Assembly: GCA_910587555.1 (NCBI GenBank)
Contig: CAJULV010000002.1
Location: forward strand, 62,008-126,007
Reading direction: 5' to 3'
DNA length: 64,000 nt
Source: an uncultured Acetatifactor sp.
GTDB taxonomy: Bacteria; Bacillota; Clostridia; Lachnospirales; Lachnospiraceae
Positions 48,511 through 57,571 of the stretch are shown piece by piece. The notes below the pieces were generated by a model. The model saw only the letters and a program-made list of their open reading frames with translations, did no database searches and was not told the DNA's origin. Positions within the stretch are counted from its first letter, which is position 1. Every line of letters begins with the position of its first letter. A program made the translations under genes and the position numbers.

Positions 48511-50706
48511 TTATTCAGAAAGATATATTTGCAATTCTGTGTTTATCGCATCCACAGCCTCTTCTACACTCTGTTCTCCTGTCAAAACTTTTAATCCCTG
48601 TGAAATCACCGAGTTATATATCCTGTTTTCACAGATATTTACTCCCTTAATATCCTCTATTATCTTGTCCAATGCCCTAAAATCCTCTTCTGTCGGCCAG
48701 TTTATGTCAATTTCGAATCCGTCCCCATTTTCTCTGTGAATGGATGATGTCCGCTGCGAGAATCCTTCGTTTTTTTCCTGTATATCCAAATACGCCTGCC
48801 TGTTGACAGGAAAACCCAATAATGCCCTCTTCTGAAATTCTTCCGAAAGCATGTATTTTACAAAAAGGGAACTTTCTTCTTTCGTATCTGTAGCTGCATT
48901 TATGGACAGAAGGCTTACCGGCATACAAGCCCCATAGTTCTGTCCGGGCAACATCCCCCAGGAAGTGGCATCGTTATATTTTAAATAGGAAAAATAGTCA
49001 CTCAAGTCATTGTATTCTCCCCACAGGAAACCGCCGTAAAAGGGCGCTTCAGGAAACAAGCTGACCCTATTATATCCGGCAATACTTACCCCACCTATGC
49101 CAAATACCCCATAACGCCGTTTTAATATCGTCTCATACTGCGGTCTCCCGACTATCAAATGACGAAGTTCTTCCGGAACCCCTTTTATCTGCATCTCATA
49201 AATCCGCTTTGCCTGAGACAGAAATTCCTCAACAGCATCCAGGTTCAGGGTTCTGTCCCCAGACATCCATGCTCCCATAGAGGACTGTGCCAGCAGCCCA
49301 AGAATTTCATCCTCATTGACCACTCCCACCACACATCCGCCACTTTCGGCATTGGCGCTTTCCAGCATATTTGTCAGTTCTGTAAGACTCTCAATTCCCT
49401 CAATTTCTTCTTGTACTCCCACCAAGACAGGAACCACAAAGGAAACAGGCACTACATATAATCCATTCTCTGTTCCCATTCCATCTATTATATGGTTAAA
49501 ATATTCTTCATCCGTCATCTCTCCCCTGATTTCACTCAGATCCATCAGAACTCCCTTTTCCAGGTAAGAATGATACGGAATATCATCCATGACCAGAATA
49601 TCCGGTCCCTCTCCCGCCGCCAGCTCTGTAGCCAAATTCTTCAGGGCATCCTCCTCGGTCATTCCGTAGCTGCCATTCATACCAATTTCATATTTTACCG
49701 CTATGTCCGGGTATTTTTCTCTGAAGGCGATTACCCCCCTGTTAATCTGGCTGTCTTCATATAGGCTGTAAACCCGTAAAAATTTCTGGGCAGGCACAAA
49801 ATCATCCTCATAATCATATCGCAGCAGTACTCCGTCAGAGCAGTAAATCAAAAAAGAATCCCTGCTGTCCTGATTCTCCACAACTGCCATTCCCGCAAGC
49901 TGCCGGTCCCTGTTTCCCAGCCCGTAGATACTTCCGTCTACCAGCTGTTCCATAGAATCCCCATACATCTCATGCCAGTACACGCCTTCATGCACCGCGA
50001 CATAGATTCCATTCTCACAGGGATATATTAAGATATCGTTTCTGCCTCCTGCAAAGGAAGACAATATCTCATCCTGCTGCGCTGCTATTTCCCCCTTTTC
50101 CAGATCATACAGCAATACGCCATCCTGGCATACAATGTAAACGTTTTCTTTATCTGCCGCCAGATACTGGGGATAACCCTGAATTTCCGCCAGAAACTTT
50201 GTCTCACCGGTATCAGCGTTTATTTGATAAACGGAATTCCCCTGCAGCACATAAAAATATCCCGCACCATAATAAAAAATCGGGTATACATCCTCTGCAC
50301 CAAGGATACTTTCCAATTTTATCAACCTGTCATCCACTGTCGCCAGCATACATATCCGTTTGCCATCTTCATATGTATAAAAGAGCCTGTTTCCCTCCGG
50401 GGAAGATTTCATGGTATATGGCATATATTCCATGATTACTCCGCCAATGGCCAGTGTATCTCCCTTCTCCTGAAAGTGTTCCCCACCGTCTTCTGATACC
50501 ATATCTCTCAGGGAAATGTTGTCTGACAGGCGAATGTCCTCATCTCCCTGTACAAGTTCCGTGAAAGTTGTCTGCGCTGACAATTCCACAATCTTTTCCA
50601 CATAGCCTCCCGGTTCCGTATCCACATTCTCTTCCTCTTTCCCGCTGCATCCACAGCACAAGAAAATTAGAAATACCATAACAACTATAAATACCATTTT
50701 CCTCAT
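48511..50706 (-). CDS. Large extracellular solute-binding lipoprotein
   Basis: Lipobox LCCGC; C-terminal SBP motifs (ELAAGEGPDIL, LMDLS, GFPVN); start ATG 50706 with GGAGG. Confidence 0.82.
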   Translation of the reverse strand: MRKMVFIVVMVFLIFLCCGCSGKEEENVDTEPGGYVEKIVELSAQTTFTELVQGDEDIRLSDNISLRDMVSEDGGEHFQEKGDTLAIGGVIMEYMPYTMKSSPEGNRLFYTYEDGKRICMLATVDDRLIKLESILGAEDVYPIFYYGAGYFYVLQGNSVYQINADTGETKFLAEIQGYPQYLAADKENVYIVCQDGVLLYDLEKGEIAAQQDEILSSFAGGRNDILIYPCENGIYVAVHEGVYWHEMYGDSMEQLVDGSIYGLGNRDRQLAGMAVVENQDSRDSFLIYCSDGVLLRYDYEDDFVPAQKFLRVYSLYEDSQINRGVIAFREKYPDIAVKYEIGMNGSYGMTEEDALKNLATELAAGEGPDILVMDDIPYHSYLEKGVLMDLSEIRGEMTDEEYFNHIIDGMGTENGLYVVPVSFVVPVLVGVQEEIEGIESLTELTNMLESANAESGGCVVGVVNEDEILGLLAQSSMGAWMSGDRTLNLDAVEEFLSQAKRIYEMQIKGVPEELRHLIVGRPQYETILKRRYGVFGIGGVSIAGYNRVSLFPEAPFYGGFLWGEYNDLSDYFSYLKYNDATSWGMLPGQNYGACMPVSLLSINAATDTKEESSLFVKYMLSEEFQKRALLGFPVNRQAYLDIQEKNEGFSQRTSSIHRENGDGFEIDINWPTEEDFRALDKIIEDIKGVNICENRIYNSVISQGLKVLTGEQSVEEAVDAINTELQIYLSE

Positions 50707-50756
50707 ATCAATATCCTCCATAAACACTTATCAACCACATACTATTGTTTATATAG

Positions 50757-52559
50757 TCATTTCATATACTTATCTGCCTGATAATGATAAAGCTGCGCAT
50801 ATCTACTATCATTTTTCATCAGTTCTTCGTGACTTCCTTTTTCAACCACTTTTCCCTCTTCTAATAGTATAATATATTCGGCAAGATGAATATTTGACAA
50901 TCTATGAGATGTAAAAATAGCAGTTTTGTTTTCACAATAATTCGTTAAAAAATCAAATAATTTATACTCAGCCTCAGGGTCTAAAGAAGCAGAAGGCTCG
51001 TCTAACAGTACCACCTTGCTGTCTCTATAAAACATTCGTGCCAATGCCAGCTTCTGATACTGACCTCCAGACAATTCAACTCCATCCTCATCAAAACTTT
51101 TTGTCACATATTGCCCTAATCCTTTGGGAAATCCCCGTACCATTTCCAATGCTTCACTGTTTCCAAGACATTCGTAAATATCTTCGTCGTTTTTTTCCCT
51201 ATTACTATAATCAGATATGGAAATATTTTCCCTTACTGTAAAAGAGTAGTTACTAACATCCTGAAAAAAGGCATTAAAACATTTCCGCAAACTGCTAATT
51301 TCATATTCTTTTATATTCACGTCATTTATCAAAATCTCTCCTTCTGTTGCATCATAAAATCTAAGAACCAATTTCATTATTGTGCTTTTTCCTGCACCGT
51401 TAATGCCTACAATACAAGCCTTTTCCCTTTTCCCGATCCTAAAGCTCACATTATCTAATATCATTTTCTCTGTCCCAGGATATTTAAATGAAACATTCCT
51501 AAACTCTATGCTTACATCGCCCTCTACACTTCTCTTCCCAGTATCCTGTATCACACTTTTTATCTTTTCAAAACTTCTAATATTGTTAATCCTTAGTCTA
51601 TCCTCATATATATTATTAAATGCATTCACCAACGTAATTACATTCATCAGTAGTTGCCCCAATAATCCGCTATATAAAGTATAATCTCCTATTGTATTTC
51701 TTCCCTCCAAAATTCCAAATGCTAAATAAAGCATAATACCAACCATACAGATTTCCGGCAGCATGACCAAAACAACTATGAACCGCGTTTTTTCTTTTAA
51801 TATATTTCTTTTCTTGTGTAAAAATACTTTCCAAGCATTAGAATATTTTTTTATTAGGTAATCTCCAATATCGTATAAGCGAATCTCCATAGCATGATTT
51901 CGGCTGGACACAATACTCTGTATATATCCCATACTGCGTTGTTCTTTTATGTTTTTTAAATCCCAATTATAAATAAATTTAGTATATCTTTGATTTATCA
52001 CTGCTGAAGGAATAATTGCTAAAAATATTACTAATGCAAACCAAATTTTATAACTGCTTACCACAACAAATATACCGCAAAATGCAACCATAGAACTTAT
52101 TGCATCAAAAACATTCCACAATACTGTCGTTATTACATAATTATCTCTCTTTACAGCTTCCATTGTATCATAAAAAGCAGGAGAATCATAACATTCAATG
52201 TCTATATTTGCCATTTTCTCCATAATATACATATTCATATAATGCGAAAGCATCATATTCTGCAAATGTGTACAATATCTGTCGAGTTCGTTCAAAACTC
52301 TTTGTGCGATATTTACAAAAAGAATAAGCGCAAACAAAAAAATAACGTCACTTTTAAGTTGTTCCTTCGCTACGCCCATTGTTAAAGCACTGATTGTCTT
52401 GCTGGTTAAAAAGGTTAAAAAGATAGCAGAAAAAGAAATGAAAAAACGTGTAATTATTCTAACAATTGTATAAAATGCAGATGCCTTACAGGAAAGTTTT
52501 ATACAATATAAAACTGCTCCCGCAACATCTTTTATCGCATTTTTCAAATTACTATACAA
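50757..52559 (-). CDS. ABC exporter, fused TMD-NBD, no peptidase domain (peptide export)
   Basis: GINGAGKST, LSGGQYQKLALAR, DEPSASLD; probable TTG start 52559 with GGAGG. Confidence 0.9.
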   Translation of the reverse strand: MYSNLKNAIKDVAGAVLYCIKLSCKASAFYTIVRIITRFFISFSAIFLTFLTSKTISALTMGVAKEQLKSDVIFLFALILFVNIAQRVLNELDRYCTHLQNMMLSHYMNMYIMEKMANIDIECYDSPAFYDTMEAVKRDNYVITTVLWNVFDAISSMVAFCGIFVVVSSYKIWFALVIFLAIIPSAVINQRYTKFIYNWDLKNIKEQRSMGYIQSIVSSRNHAMEIRLYDIGDYLIKKYSNAWKVFLHKKRNILKEKTRFIVVLVMLPEICMVGIMLYLAFGILEGRNTIGDYTLYSGLLGQLLMNVITLVNAFNNIYEDRLRINNIRSFEKIKSVIQDTGKRSVEGDVSIEFRNVSFKYPGTEKMILDNVSFRIGKREKACIVGINGAGKSTIMKLVLRFYDATEGEILINDVNIKEYEISSLRKCFNAFFQDVSNYSFTVRENISISDYSNREKNDEDIYECLGNSEALEMVRGFPKGLGQYVTKSFDEDGVELSGGQYQKLALARMFYRDSKVVLLDEPSASLDPEAEYKLFDFLTNYCENKTAIFTSHRLSNIHLAEYIILLEEGKVVEKGSHEELMKNDSRYAQLYHYQADKYMK

Positions 52560-52596
52560 TACAAAACACCCTCCGTCATTACAAATCATGTAGATT

Positions 52597-52654
52597 AAAA
52601 AACAACGCCGCAAACCATTTAAAAACACAATTAACCATAAGATCTACGGCGTTG
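52597..52654 (-). terminator. Stem-loop with U-tract after the Cys-rich precursor gene
   Basis: Minus strand CAACGCCGTAGATC...GGTTTGCGGCGTTG followed by TTTTTT. Confidence 0.7.
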
Positions 52655-52683
52655 CTAAGCCAAATCCAATAATATTTTACATT

Positions 52684-52887
52684 TTACTTCTGAAAGTGCT
52701 TACTGTATCCATTACTTGCAGCAACATTTTCATACTTCCGCATGTTATTCTGCTGAAAAGTATTCTGTGACCCGTCCAAAGTATAGCATGTGCAGCTATC
52801 ATGACACGAACAAGTTCCACAGCTGCAGGCATATGCCTCTATTGACATATCACTGTTTCTGTTTTTCTTACCTAATCTTTTTGCCAT
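52684..52887 (-). CDS. Cys-rich RiPP precursor, CLI_3235-like (TIGR04065-type)
   Basis: Leader KRLGKK...SIEAY then ACSCGTCSCHDSCTC; AAAGGAG RBS; next to the rSAM maturase. Confidence 0.9.
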   Translation of the reverse strand: MAKRLGKKNRNSDMSIEAYACSCGTCSCHDSCTCYTLDGSQNTFQQNNMRKYENVAASNGYSKHFQK

Positions 52888-52913
52888 AACAGTCTCCTTT
52901 CTTTTAGTTATTT

Positions 52914-53192
52914 TTATTTTAAATCTATTTTACTGGATTTTGACTTCATAACAACATTTGCTATTCCTAGAATAGAATTAAATTCATAATTCTGAATTCC
53001 GTTTGATTTTATACTACATTTAAATTTCTTTTCCACTTCTAAAAACAAACAAATCATGTCCAATGCTGTAAACCGAAATATCATGCCAGTAAGTTGATTA
53101 TCATAATATTCTTCCGTTAGTAAATTCTCATCAACTCCCATTTTTTCTCTTAAAATATCTAACAAGCCATCCACAATATCATGCTTCTCCAC
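52914..53192 (-). CDS. Peptide-maturation ACP-related protein (TIGR04069-like), lacks the DS serine
   Basis: LTG..F.FTALDM..LFLEVEKKF...FNSI; size and gene order. Confidence 0.8.
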   Translation of the reverse strand: MEKHDIVDGLLDILREKMGVDENLLTEEYYDNQLTGMIFRFTALDMICLFLEVEKKFKCSIKSNGIQNYEFNSILGIANVVMKSKSSKIDLK

Positions 53193-53212
53193 AACGATTT
53201 CTCCTTCTCACT

Positions 53213-54337
53213 TTATACAACACATTGAATATCACCATACCCAATTAATTTATTTAAAAGATTCTCACATAAGAATTCAAAATCTTTTTTTTGAGTACAA
53301 TTCAAAACAGGAATTGCATTGTTTTTGTAATGATCTTCTATTACTTTACTTACATCCTTAATATCCATATTTAAAAAAGATAATCTCGCTGTTTCTGTAT
53401 AGCCTTTAAGGTCTATCATAGTATTCGACATATGAATACTGTCTATTTCAAATCCATATCTGTATTTAAAAAGCAAATTCATCATATTATAGAATTTCTC
53501 TTCTAAAATTTCATATTGCGTACAAAAAACAAAATAATCTGCACATACAGCCTGCGATATCATAAATGGTATTAATCCAAAACGGCTGCATATCTGATTA
53601 CTATATTTTAACATCGCATCCGGAATTATCATGATTATGGCATCTATTTTTCTCTGGCTTTCCAAATATCTTATATAATTATTTAAATAGTATACCTTTT
53701 GATCTTCCCTAAAACTTATGTTTTTCAAGAAATCCGGATATGGAACTATTTCATCCAATACCGGCCACTTCTGTTCACTTATAACTACAGTACTATATCC
53801 TTTCCCTTTAAGAAATTCATTAACTCCTAATGCAATTTCATTTCCTCCCAAATCCGGAAACATTTCCCCTATCATAATAACTGAAGCTCTGGGACGATAT
53901 AATTCAAATGGTATATATTCTATTTCACTTGTAATTTTTTTACTGACATAATATTCAAAAGTTACATGCTTCTCCTCTGCCAATTCATAAAACCTGTCCA
54001 TGTCTTTCTGCATAAGGCAATACATACACATGACATTTTTTTGCAGACACAGAGCCGTTTCAATACTATCTCTTACCTTATCGTACATTCCCTCCTGTTC
54101 GTTAAGAACATCGATAATGACAAGTGTATCATATTTTGACAATTCCTCAATTAAATCGGTATGTATTTGAATTCCCAACTTGTCCTGATTTCTGAGTTCT
54201 CCAATATCCCTTCCAAGTAATCCATTGTTTTCTGTTGCCACTACCGACATTATTTTGGGTGATTTTGCTTGAGCATTCCAATATCGAATAAATGGAACTA
54301 CTTTTTTATCAAACGGATAAATCACTGCATTTTCCAT
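53213..54337 (-). CDS. Peptide maturation system protein (TIGR04066-like)
   Basis: VIYPF N-terminus, GLLGRD; lies between rSAM and ACP-like genes. Confidence 0.78.
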   Translation of the reverse strand: MENAVIYPFDKKVVPFIRYWNAQAKSPKIMSVVATENNGLLGRDIGELRNQDKLGIQIHTDLIEELSKYDTLVIIDVLNEQEGMYDKVRDSIETALCLQKNVMCMYCLMQKDMDRFYELAEEKHVTFEYYVSKKITSEIEYIPFELYRPRASVIMIGEMFPDLGGNEIALGVNEFLKGKGYSTVVISEQKWPVLDEIVPYPDFLKNISFREDQKVYYLNNYIRYLESQRKIDAIIMIIPDAMLKYSNQICSRFGLIPFMISQAVCADYFVFCTQYEILEEKFYNMMNLLFKYRYGFEIDSIHMSNTMIDLKGYTETARLSFLNMDIKDVSKVIEDHYKNNAIPVLNCTQKKDFEFLCENLLNKLIGYGDIQCVV

Positions 54338-55766
54338 ATCCATTCCTTTCTTTGTGGCATTTCGCCTCATAAAACAGTACTTCTCTCTTTAACTCATATA
54401 ATGTCCTCTCTCTAACTCCTGAACAATATGTAAGTTTCTTTTCTCGCGATAGTTTGCTTCCATCATCCGCATTTCTGGCACAAAGATTACAACGTCTAAA
54501 TGCCCAACAGTTTTTGCATTCATCTGCTGTTAAAGCACCTATATTAAGTATTTTTCTTGCATTTTCATAAAAAAACCCTTCTTTTAGATTCCCTATTATC
54601 ATAGCCGGAGAACTCTCACTGACTCGCTCACATGGGAATAAATTTCCATCAACATCCACAAATAAACGGGTTTGTCCGGGAATGCAAGGCCCCCCTGGTG
54701 CATCTGTATAAGATAATTTTTTAACCTTGCCCTTCATCTTACTCTTGCTCTTCATATCCGAAATTTCTTCATATGCAATTGGAGATATTTCTCCAATATT
54801 AATCCTATCTAATTCCGCTAAATAGGCTAAAAAAGAATGGTACTCTCTCTTAGCAATGTACTCTTCGGAATAACTTACTTTCTCCAGGGAATATATATCA
54901 TCAATTACAGTTGCATGCACATTTAGCTCTGAAAAAACACTTTCCTTGTCAAACACAGAATTAATCTCATCAAAATCGTTTTGTGGATCAATCACCATAC
55001 TAATTGATATCTTTCTGAAATAATCTGGAAACTTCTCCTTTATTTTCCTTAAATTGCTTACGATTATATCATAACTCCCCTTACCATCAGCAGCAAATCT
55101 CCGATTAGTATTATGTATTTCTTTGGGTCCATCAAGGCTTATCATTAATACAAAATCTTTTTTCACCAGATATTCAACAATTTCTTCATCTAGTTTAGTT
55201 GCATTCGTAGTGACAGAAAACCTTAACTCCTTTCCTTTAAAAACCTTCTCTGCATATTCCACAACCTTCTTTACCAAATTCATTTCCAATAATGGTTCAC
55301 CACCATAAAATGTAATAGAAACAAATTCGCTGTCCAACGAATGTTCTGCTAAAAAGTCAACAGCTTTTAAAGCCGTTTCTATGGCCATTCTTTTACCTGT
55401 ATGAGTCCTTTGTCCACTATTATAAAAATCTGAATAGACGCAATATGAACATCTCAGATTGCAATTTTGTGTCACCTGCAAGGTCATCATATTAATCTTA
55501 CGATTTAAATAACCTTCAATCAAATCGGTGGATGGATGCTTGATTTCTCTTACCTTGATATCAGAAAAATATCCATACGCATTATAACTTTCATATTCCC
55601 GTCTTGTATCTTCATCATCAAAATTTATATCTCCATCATGATTTTTTAATAGCTTTCCCAGATAGAAATATAGCTTCTTACTTATATTAATAATTTCATC
55701 TGTATTAACATCAAAGGCATAATACTTCCCCCAGAACTCAAACAATTTAATAAACGGAACTCCCAT
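54309..55766 (-). CDS. ccpM: Radical SAM/SPASM Cys-rich peptide maturase (CcpM/TIGR04068-like)
   Basis: CNLRCSYC, FYGGEP, ISLDGP, SPASM CIPG...PCE...CKNC...CNLC...C. Confidence 0.9.
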   Translation of the reverse strand: MGVPFIKLFEFWGKYYAFDVNTDEIINISKKLYFYLGKLLKNHDGDINFDDEDTRREYESYNAYGYFSDIKVREIKHPSTDLIEGYLNRKINMMTLQVTQNCNLRCSYCVYSDFYNSGQRTHTGKRMAIETALKAVDFLAEHSLDSEFVSITFYGGEPLLEMNLVKKVVEYAEKVFKGKELRFSVTTNATKLDEEIVEYLVKKDFVLMISLDGPKEIHNTNRRFAADGKGSYDIIVSNLRKIKEKFPDYFRKISISMVIDPQNDFDEINSVFDKESVFSELNVHATVIDDIYSLEKVSYSEEYIAKREYHSFLAYLAELDRINIGEISPIAYEEISDMKSKSKMKGKVKKLSYTDAPGGPCIPGQTRLFVDVDGNLFPCERVSESSPAMIIGNLKEGFFYENARKILNIGALTADECKNCWAFRRCNLCARNADDGSKLSREKKLTYCSGVRERTLYELKREVLFYEAKCHKERNGYGKCSDLSV

Positions 55767-55778
55767 TATCTCTTTACC

Positions 55779-57089
55779 TCACTCCTGTCTCTTCTTTTTG
55801 TATTCGTTTATAAAGTAGGCAAGTTTACCCGTCTCACCGTCGGGAAGTAATTCCTCTCTATATACAAACTCCCATTTTGCATTCTTTAATGCCTCTTCTT
55901 CTAATTTATCTACAAATAAATCACTAATCGTTTCTCTCCATCCCATATAGGATGGTTTAATAACTAGCTTCACCGTAAATTGATTTATATCTGTTTGTAC
56001 TACTTGAAATTGCAGTATAATGTTTCCAACTTTTTCATTGATATATTCAACTACTTTAAGGAAAACATATGCCGTAATTTCCTCCCCTCCATCAGTCGAT
56101 ATTAATTCACATTCCCTTCCATTAATCAACTCTAAAATAGTGTCCTTACATCTACAGCTGCATTCTGAAGCAGCATACAATATTCCCCTCTCTCCTATTT
56201 TGTATCGGATAAAAGGCATTGCCCTATTGTTTAATGATGTAATATATATATCTCCAGCCTCGCCAAACGGAACCGCTTTTCCTTCCCTTAATACTTCTAC
56301 GTATACACTAGATGCGTGAACATGCATTTTTTTATTATTACATTCACTTGCAATGCTATTCGCTTCATTACAGCCATACTGATTTGCTACTGTACATTGA
56401 AATGCTTGTTCAATCTCATAACGAACCTGATCCGTTAGATACTCTCCCGTTAGTTCTATATATTCTATACTTGGAATTGGTGGAAAATTTTTCATTGCAA
56501 TTCTCTTACTGAGTAACAGTGCTATTGATGGCTGCATCATGATCCATTTGGGTTCAAACCTCAGCATTTGCGCATAAATGTCATCAATGCGCTGTGAACT
56601 CATATTGTTTTTGCAGAACCCTATTGCCTTGCCATTCGATAAAACAGTTACATCCTTAGCCTCTAACAATCTATTTCTTGCGTATTGAGTAGTATAAAAG
56701 TAACAGTATTTATCACTGGGCGTTATTCCAAAATATTCTTTTCGTCTATACCATAACCCCATTAAAGATCTGGTTTCATCGTGTACATCCCAATACACCT
56801 TAAGATAGTGTCCTGATGAACCGGATGTTCTTTGAATACTTAATTTTTTCGAGTTTGCATAACCCTTATAAACATCCGACAACATTTCCGTTTCTCTACC
56901 AATAATCATTGATTTATCTACTAAGGGCAATTCTCCAAAGGCATCCGGTAATAACTGCCCTAAATCAATCTTCCTATTCCCTAATAATTCTCGGTAAAAA
57001 GGTACTGTAGTATATGCATGTACTACCATTTCAAGTAATTTGTCAAATAATACATCTTTCATTTCACTTATTCCTGGTTTGTAACCCAA
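55779..57089 (-). CDS. Phenylacetate-CoA-ligase (PaaK)-like adenylating enzyme
   Basis: VPFY, RTSGSSG, YGCNE, MPFIRYKIG, TGK. Confidence 0.88.
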   Translation of the reverse strand: MGYKPGISEMKDVLFDKLLEMVVHAYTTVPFYRELLGNRKIDLGQLLPDAFGELPLVDKSMIIGRETEMLSDVYKGYANSKKLSIQRTSGSSGHYLKVYWDVHDETRSLMGLWYRRKEYFGITPSDKYCYFYTTQYARNRLLEAKDVTVLSNGKAIGFCKNNMSSQRIDDIYAQMLRFEPKWIMMQPSIALLLSKRIAMKNFPPIPSIEYIELTGEYLTDQVRYEIEQAFQCTVANQYGCNEANSIASECNNKKMHVHASSVYVEVLREGKAVPFGEAGDIYITSLNNRAMPFIRYKIGERGILYAASECSCRCKDTILELINGRECELISTDGGEEITAYVFLKVVEYINEKVGNIILQFQVVQTDINQFTVKLVIKPSYMGWRETISDLFVDKLEEEALKNAKWEFVYREELLPDGETGKLAYFINEYKKKRQE

Positions 57090-57106
57090 TACTCCTTCCC
57101 GTGATT

Positions 57107-57388
57107 CTATTCAAAATCTATAGTAGTAAGTTCCTTTATAAAATCAGCCAACTTATCTATTGTCGTAAGGCTTTCAATTAACAGAGCTTCATCCTCAAAA
57201 TTTATACCATATCTATTTTCTATCTCGACCAGCAGCAGCATAAGTTCAACAGAATCCAACTCCAAGTCTTCAATTAAATTATTATCTCCGTCATCTATTA
57301 ATTCCTTTACAGAAGGTTTTATATTTATAATAAACTCTTTAATATCATTTCTATAACTATCTTGCTGACTATTCATGCTATCCTCCAT
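57107..57388 (-). CDS. Acyl carrier protein
   Basis: DLELDSVEL phosphopantetheine site; alternative start 57376. Confidence 0.88.
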   Translation of the reverse strand: MEDSMNSQQDSYRNDIKEFIINIKPSVKELIDDGDNNLIEDLELDSVELMLLLVEIENRYGINFEDEALLIESLTTIDKLADFIKELTTIDFE

Positions 57389-57491
57389 CTACCTTTTACA
57401 AGATTTTTATCCTATTTCGGACAAACGTCTATCCCTAAAGTATTTCCCTTATAAGCATTGTAATCTTACCCTGTATTTCGGTTCGTTTTTT

Positions 57492-57560
57492 ATAATAATA
57501 CTGATTTCGAGGATTGTCCATACAGCTACCCCCAATAGCACTATACCGGCTCCCAACAGC
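57492..57560 (-). promoter_or_regulatory. Putative LytTR direct-repeat operator plus promoter of the rSAM operon
   Basis: CCAATAG/CCAACAG with 21-bp period (57531-57560), then TGGACA-N17-TATTAT on minus strand. Confidence 0.75.
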
Positions 57561-57571
57561 AAATTTTTCCT

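Noticed and set aside
52684..52887. Cys-rich peptide as the primary LanM substrate
   Set aside because: Its leader is of the rSAM-associated type and a dedicated lanA sits next to lanM; cross-modification is kept only as a possibility.
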